A stretch of DNA of 60,433 bases, the filler included, from Platydemus manokwari (taxonomy: Eukaryota), in assembly GCA_037951405.1 (NCBI GenBank). It is 6 parts of 6 records of this genome, joined end to end, with 100 filler letters (N's around TTAATTAATTAA, not from the genome) between each part and the next. Parts side by side here need not be neighbours in the genome. Positions count along the whole stretch, not along the records: positions 51,181 to 60,433 come from JBBMOY011243318.1; 5 more parts are not named here. One strand, 5' to 3'. Positions 55,701 to 60,433 of this stretch are shown piece by piece; position 1 is the stretch's first letter; each line of letters starts with the position of its first letter. The notes under the pieces are model-generated. The model was not told the DNA's origin, did no database searches, and worked only from the letters and a program-made list of their open reading frames with translations. The translations under genes and the position numbers were made by a program.

Positions 55701-58700
55701 NNNNNNNNNNNNNNNNNNNNNNNNNNNNNNNNNNNNNNNNNNNNNNNNNNNNNNNNNNNNNNNNNNNNNNNNNNNNNNNNNNNNATTATAACTAATACGA
55801 CAAACATCTTAATATTCGTAACTCAATTAAGAAATCATCTCTCTAATAATAAAAGGAAGAAAATCAATTATTTTGTTAAAAAATTCACTTCGATCGTCTG
55901 ACTGTCAAAATATTTACAAAACACGATCCATTTGTTTTATTCGTAATTTTTATCGCATATATTTATCAAATATATTTTTCTCAGCCACACCTGAAGCCGT
56001 ATATGTAACTGGACGTGGAATACAACCGAAAGGACTGAGAGTTAATGAACCGACAGAATTCATTGTACATTGTGAGAAAGCTGGACCAGGAAAGGTGCAA
56101 GCAAAGGTTGTTGGGCCAGGTTATTCATCATTGAATATATATTTATTGATTTGCTGTTGTTGATCCAGGTGGGATAAATGAACAAGTTAAGATAACTCCA
56201 AAAGAAGATAACACATATTTATGCCAATATAAACCCACAAAAATAGGTCAATATGTTGTGATTGTGGAATATGGGACAACTCAAGTTCCAAAAAGTCCAT
56301 TCAAAGTAACTTGATTAACAAATATTCTTGATATAAAGAAAAACTTGTAGGTTGACGTTGCTGGACCATGCAAATCGAAAGTTATTGCTTATGGACCAGG
56401 TTTGAAATCCGGTGTGGTCAATTTTCCAGCACCATTCACTGTTGAATCTCATGGGTCACCTGGAGAATTAGGTATAATAATCAATCCAATTAAAATAATA
56501 ATTTATTATTTTAATCTCCTTAGGATTTGGTGTCGAAGGTCCAAGTGAAGCAAAGATTACTTGTAATGACAACGGTGATGGAAGTGCTGCAGTGCAGTAT
56601 CTCCCAACACTTCCCGGTGAATATGCAATCCATGTGCTATGTAACAAAGAAGATATTACTGGCTCTCCGTTCATAGCTCAGATTACCGAATTATCCAAAG
56701 CGAAATTCGACGCTACAAAGGTACATGAATAAAAATATTTTGAGTATTTCACTACATATCATATCCAGTCAATCATTAGTGCCTTGATTTAATATTAGCA
56801 TTGAATATTTTAAACTCGATTATAACACTAACATAACTGAACCAAGATGGATATGATTGATATAAATGATATCTGTTTCTATGATAATGTACCCAAGTTT
56901 TAACATATTTTAAACAGGTTAAAGCTTTTGGTCCTGGACTGGCTCCGACTGGAGTACAAATAAATAAAGAAACGAATTTCACAATCGATATCAAGAATGC
57001 TGGCGGTCCGGTTGAAGTAAAGACTTGGTGTATCGACGTAAATGGAAGCGAAATTCCTATAAAGATAACCGACAATAAAAATAGTACATTTACCTGTACT
57101 TATACCACTAAGATTGTTGGCAAACACACTATTTACATAACCTATGGCTCCATTGAAATTCCAGGAAGCGCTTATAAAGTAGATTTATTAAATTTGTAAA
57201 TATCGTATGATGGATTCCGATAGATTAATGTCTCTGGAGAATCAGCAAGCAGTGAGGTTACAGCCTCTGGTCCGGGTCTTGAATCTGGAACCATTGGAGT
57301 GCCAACAACATTCTCTATCAATGCCAAGAGTGTAATTAGAGAGATGAATTCAATCACTGTCGACATTACTACTGAAGATAACAAAAAAGTGCCTTTCCAA
57401 GTAAAAGACAAAGACGGTATCAGAGAAATACAATACACACCTACCGGTACCATTCAAACAAAATATACGATTCAAATAAAATTCAAAAACAAACCCATAA
57501 CCAATAGTCCGTTTATTGTTCCAATCTCTAAAAGTGTTAAAGGTTACAACGTGTTATTTTTTGAAAAATTATTTTAAACCGTGATTTTAGGTGCGGCTTA
57601 CGCTTCAGGGCGCGGAATTCAGCCAAAGGGTATTCGAGTGAACGATGATGTCTCATTCAATGTCCACACGGAAAATGCTCCTCCAAATGGTGTGACTAAA
57701 GCGAAATTAATCGGTCCAGGTAAAAGATAATAAATAGCTGATCTTATTAATTTTTCCAGGTGGAGTCCAGACTCCAGTGAACATAACCAAGGTTTCTGAG
57801 AAATTGTACAAATGCCAGTATCGACCAACAAAAGTAGGAAATTATGTTATCACAGTAGACTATGCAAACGCAGCGATTGCCGACAGCCCATTCAAGGTAC
57901 AAGTTGATGCCGAAAAGCAATCAAAAATCAAAGCTTATGGGCCTGGTTTAGAGAAAGCATTCGTCGGAGTACCAGCTCCATTTACAGTTGAAACAAACAA
58001 TGACACGAGCAAATTAGGTGGAATAAACTTAATATATTTAGATTTATATAGTTTTTGAAATGCTTTAGGATTTGCAATTAATGGTCCTAGTGAAGCTAAG
58101 ATAGACTGTAAGGATAATGGGGATGGTAGTGTATCCGTTCAGTATCTTCCAACTAAGCCAGGGGAATACGCTGTTCATGTTACTTCAAATGAGGAGGATA
58201 TACCCCGATCACCATTTATGGTGGTGGCATCAGAATTGAAAATGCCTTTACCGGATACAAGCAAAGTTGATGTCACAAATTAAATTCTAATTTTTTTACA
58301 ATTTTCTTAAATAGATTAAAGTATTCGGTCCAGGAATTGAACCACAAGGAAATGTTAGTGGGAAAGTTACCAGTTTTACAATTGATGCTAGAACATTTAA
58401 AGAGAAAAAGCCTATTGAGGTTACTTGTTTTAACAGTGATGGGGTTGTGGTTCCAGTTCAAATTGCTGAGAAACCTGATGGAACGTATACATGCACTTAC
58501 ACTCCTTTGACACCCAAAAAACATTTAGTTTATGTTTCATATGATAGTGTTGAAGTGACTAAAAGTCCTTACAAAGTATTGCAGAAACATTCCTATTACA
58601 TCCTAATATGTAAAATTTGCAGGTAAATGTTGGTCAGGGCAGAACAGGAACCGTGAAAACTAGTGGACCAGGATTAGAGAAAGCAACAGCTGGACAGTCG

Positions 58701-60395
58701 ACTTATTTCATTGTAGATATGACCGAAGTTGGATCTCAAACAACTGCTTTATCTGTAGATATCAAACTTAGTAAAGGCCAACCTGTTCCTTTCAGCTCCA
58801 AGGTGTTGAGACCAGGTGTCTGTGAAGTTTCTTACACTCCAGTAAACAAAACAGAAGATTTCTTGATAATCACCTTAAACTATGAATCAGAGCCTGTACC
58901 CGGTAGTCCTTATAAAGTTGTTACTAGTACCACTTCAGGTAAGATACCTTAATAGAATTAGAAGGAAAATTAACTACTGTAAGTAGAAATTTCAAGTGGT
59001 CGGGTTTATGTGACGGGGCGGGGAGTTGTACCAAATGGAATACGTACAAATGAAATTGTAAAATTTCAAGTTCATACAGAAAAGCCTCTCCCGAATGATA
59101 ACTTAAAAGTAAAAGTTGTTGGACCGGGTAAATGGAGGGATAAGAATACTATTTTAATTTAATGTAATTTGAAGGTGGAATCCAAATAAAAGTGGATACA
59201 AAGAAGATTTCGAACGACACTTATGAATGTCAATATAGTAGTTCAAAGGAGGGAAATCATGTTATCACAGTAGATTTCAATGGCAAACCAGCTGAAAAAA
59301 GTCCATTCAAGGTACGAATTCTGAAAGCATTAGTTAAACTTCTAATTACGGAATGTAGGTACAAATCACTCCACAAAAACCATCCAAGATCAAAGCATAT
59401 GGTCCAGGACTAGAAGGTGGCGTTGTTGGATTACCTGCTGTTTTCACAGTCAATCCTAATGGAGAAACATCGAAACTTGGTAAGAGAGCCAAAAAATTTT
59501 CTTTTATTAAACATTTTCCAGATTTCAAAATTGAGGGACCAAAGGAGGCAAAATTAACTTGCAAGGACAATGGTGATGGAACAGTTGGAGTTCAATATTT
59601 ACCAATCCAGAATGGTGAATACGCTGTTCATGTTTTATCTAATAACGAAGAGATTCCTCTTTCGCCATTCATGGTTGATATTACATTAGCTCCAGATAGC
59701 AGCACTCATCCTGAAAAAGTTAGTAATTGAGTGAGCATATCAACTGAAAATTTCTTCAGGTTAAAGCTTTTGGACCTGGATTGGAAACCCCTGGTGTTGT
59801 TGTTGGTAAACCAACACAGTTTACGGTGGATATCACAGAAGCAGGAACATTGAAACCTCTAGTTGTGAAATGTTACGACAGTGATGGAAATGTTTTGAAT
59901 ATTGAAACTAAGGTGGTATCTAATAAGGTATCAACCTATCACTATAAACCACAGAAAATTGGAAAACACACAGTTAGCGTTTCTTATGGCGGAGTTCCGA
60001 TTCCAAACAGTCCGTTTACGGTAAATAATTATAAAATTTATAATATGATTGTCGTGTGGTCATTCAGGTTAGTGTCGATCAACAAGAGACCAAAGAGGTT
60101 ACTGCATATGGTCCTGGATTAACCAATGCTGAATTGAATACGCCAACCAGTTTCATTGTCGATGCTACAGCAATTAATGGACCCACCAATAAGATTCAAC
60201 ATTCTATCGTTGATAATAAAAATCAAAAGTTACCAACCAAAGTTACAGATATAGCACCAGGGAAACAAGAGATCTCATATACTCCAACACAAACTGGAGT
60301 ATCCAATCTTAAAGTTAATGTATCATATGAAGGAAAGCCAATAAAAGGAAGTCCATTCACTATTCCAGTACAAGTTACAAAGAAAGATAAACATG
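52747..60395 (+). CDS. Filamin: two CH domains plus at least 14 Ig-like filamin repeats; continues beyond the window
   Basis: [59 protein letters not shown], repeated GPGL...FTV...Y.P...SPF motifs. More than 20 short GT-AG introns; scaffold gap at 55514-55784. Confidence 0.96.
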
Positions 60396-60433
60396 GTAAA
60401 AATATCCGAATTGATATGCATATTTATGTACTT

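Noticed and set aside
55418-55901. Long ORFs spanning the N gap
   Set aside because: Artefacts of undetermined bases.

Overview
AT-rich animal genomic DNA with very short (about 40-60 bp) canonical GT-AG introns. It resembles a free-living flatworm/planarian genome, but that is inference only. The window is six pieces of about 9-11 kb joined by artificial 100-nt N-TTAATTAATTAA-N linkers, so neighbourhood across linkers means nothing. Host genes: cobalamin-dependent methionine synthase (partial), hnRNP L-like, ABHD8-like hydrolase, the 3' end of an HCN channel, NSUN2, an intronless KCTD8/12/16-type BTB gene, a filamin (partial), and a disrupted FN3+kringle gene. Mobile DNA: a Polinton/Maverick fossil (pPolB plus adenain), two non-LTR retrotransposon fragments, gag-only and env-like-ORF LTR elements, a Sola-like MITE and tandem repeats. 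The most notable items are the triplicated four-Ig block in filamin with one intron missing from the middle copy, the Polinton fossil with possible USP cargo, the Gypsy element with an extra env-like ORF, and the FN3-kringle pseudogene. I found no convincing wholly new multi-gene system. All homology calls are by eye, not from database searches.
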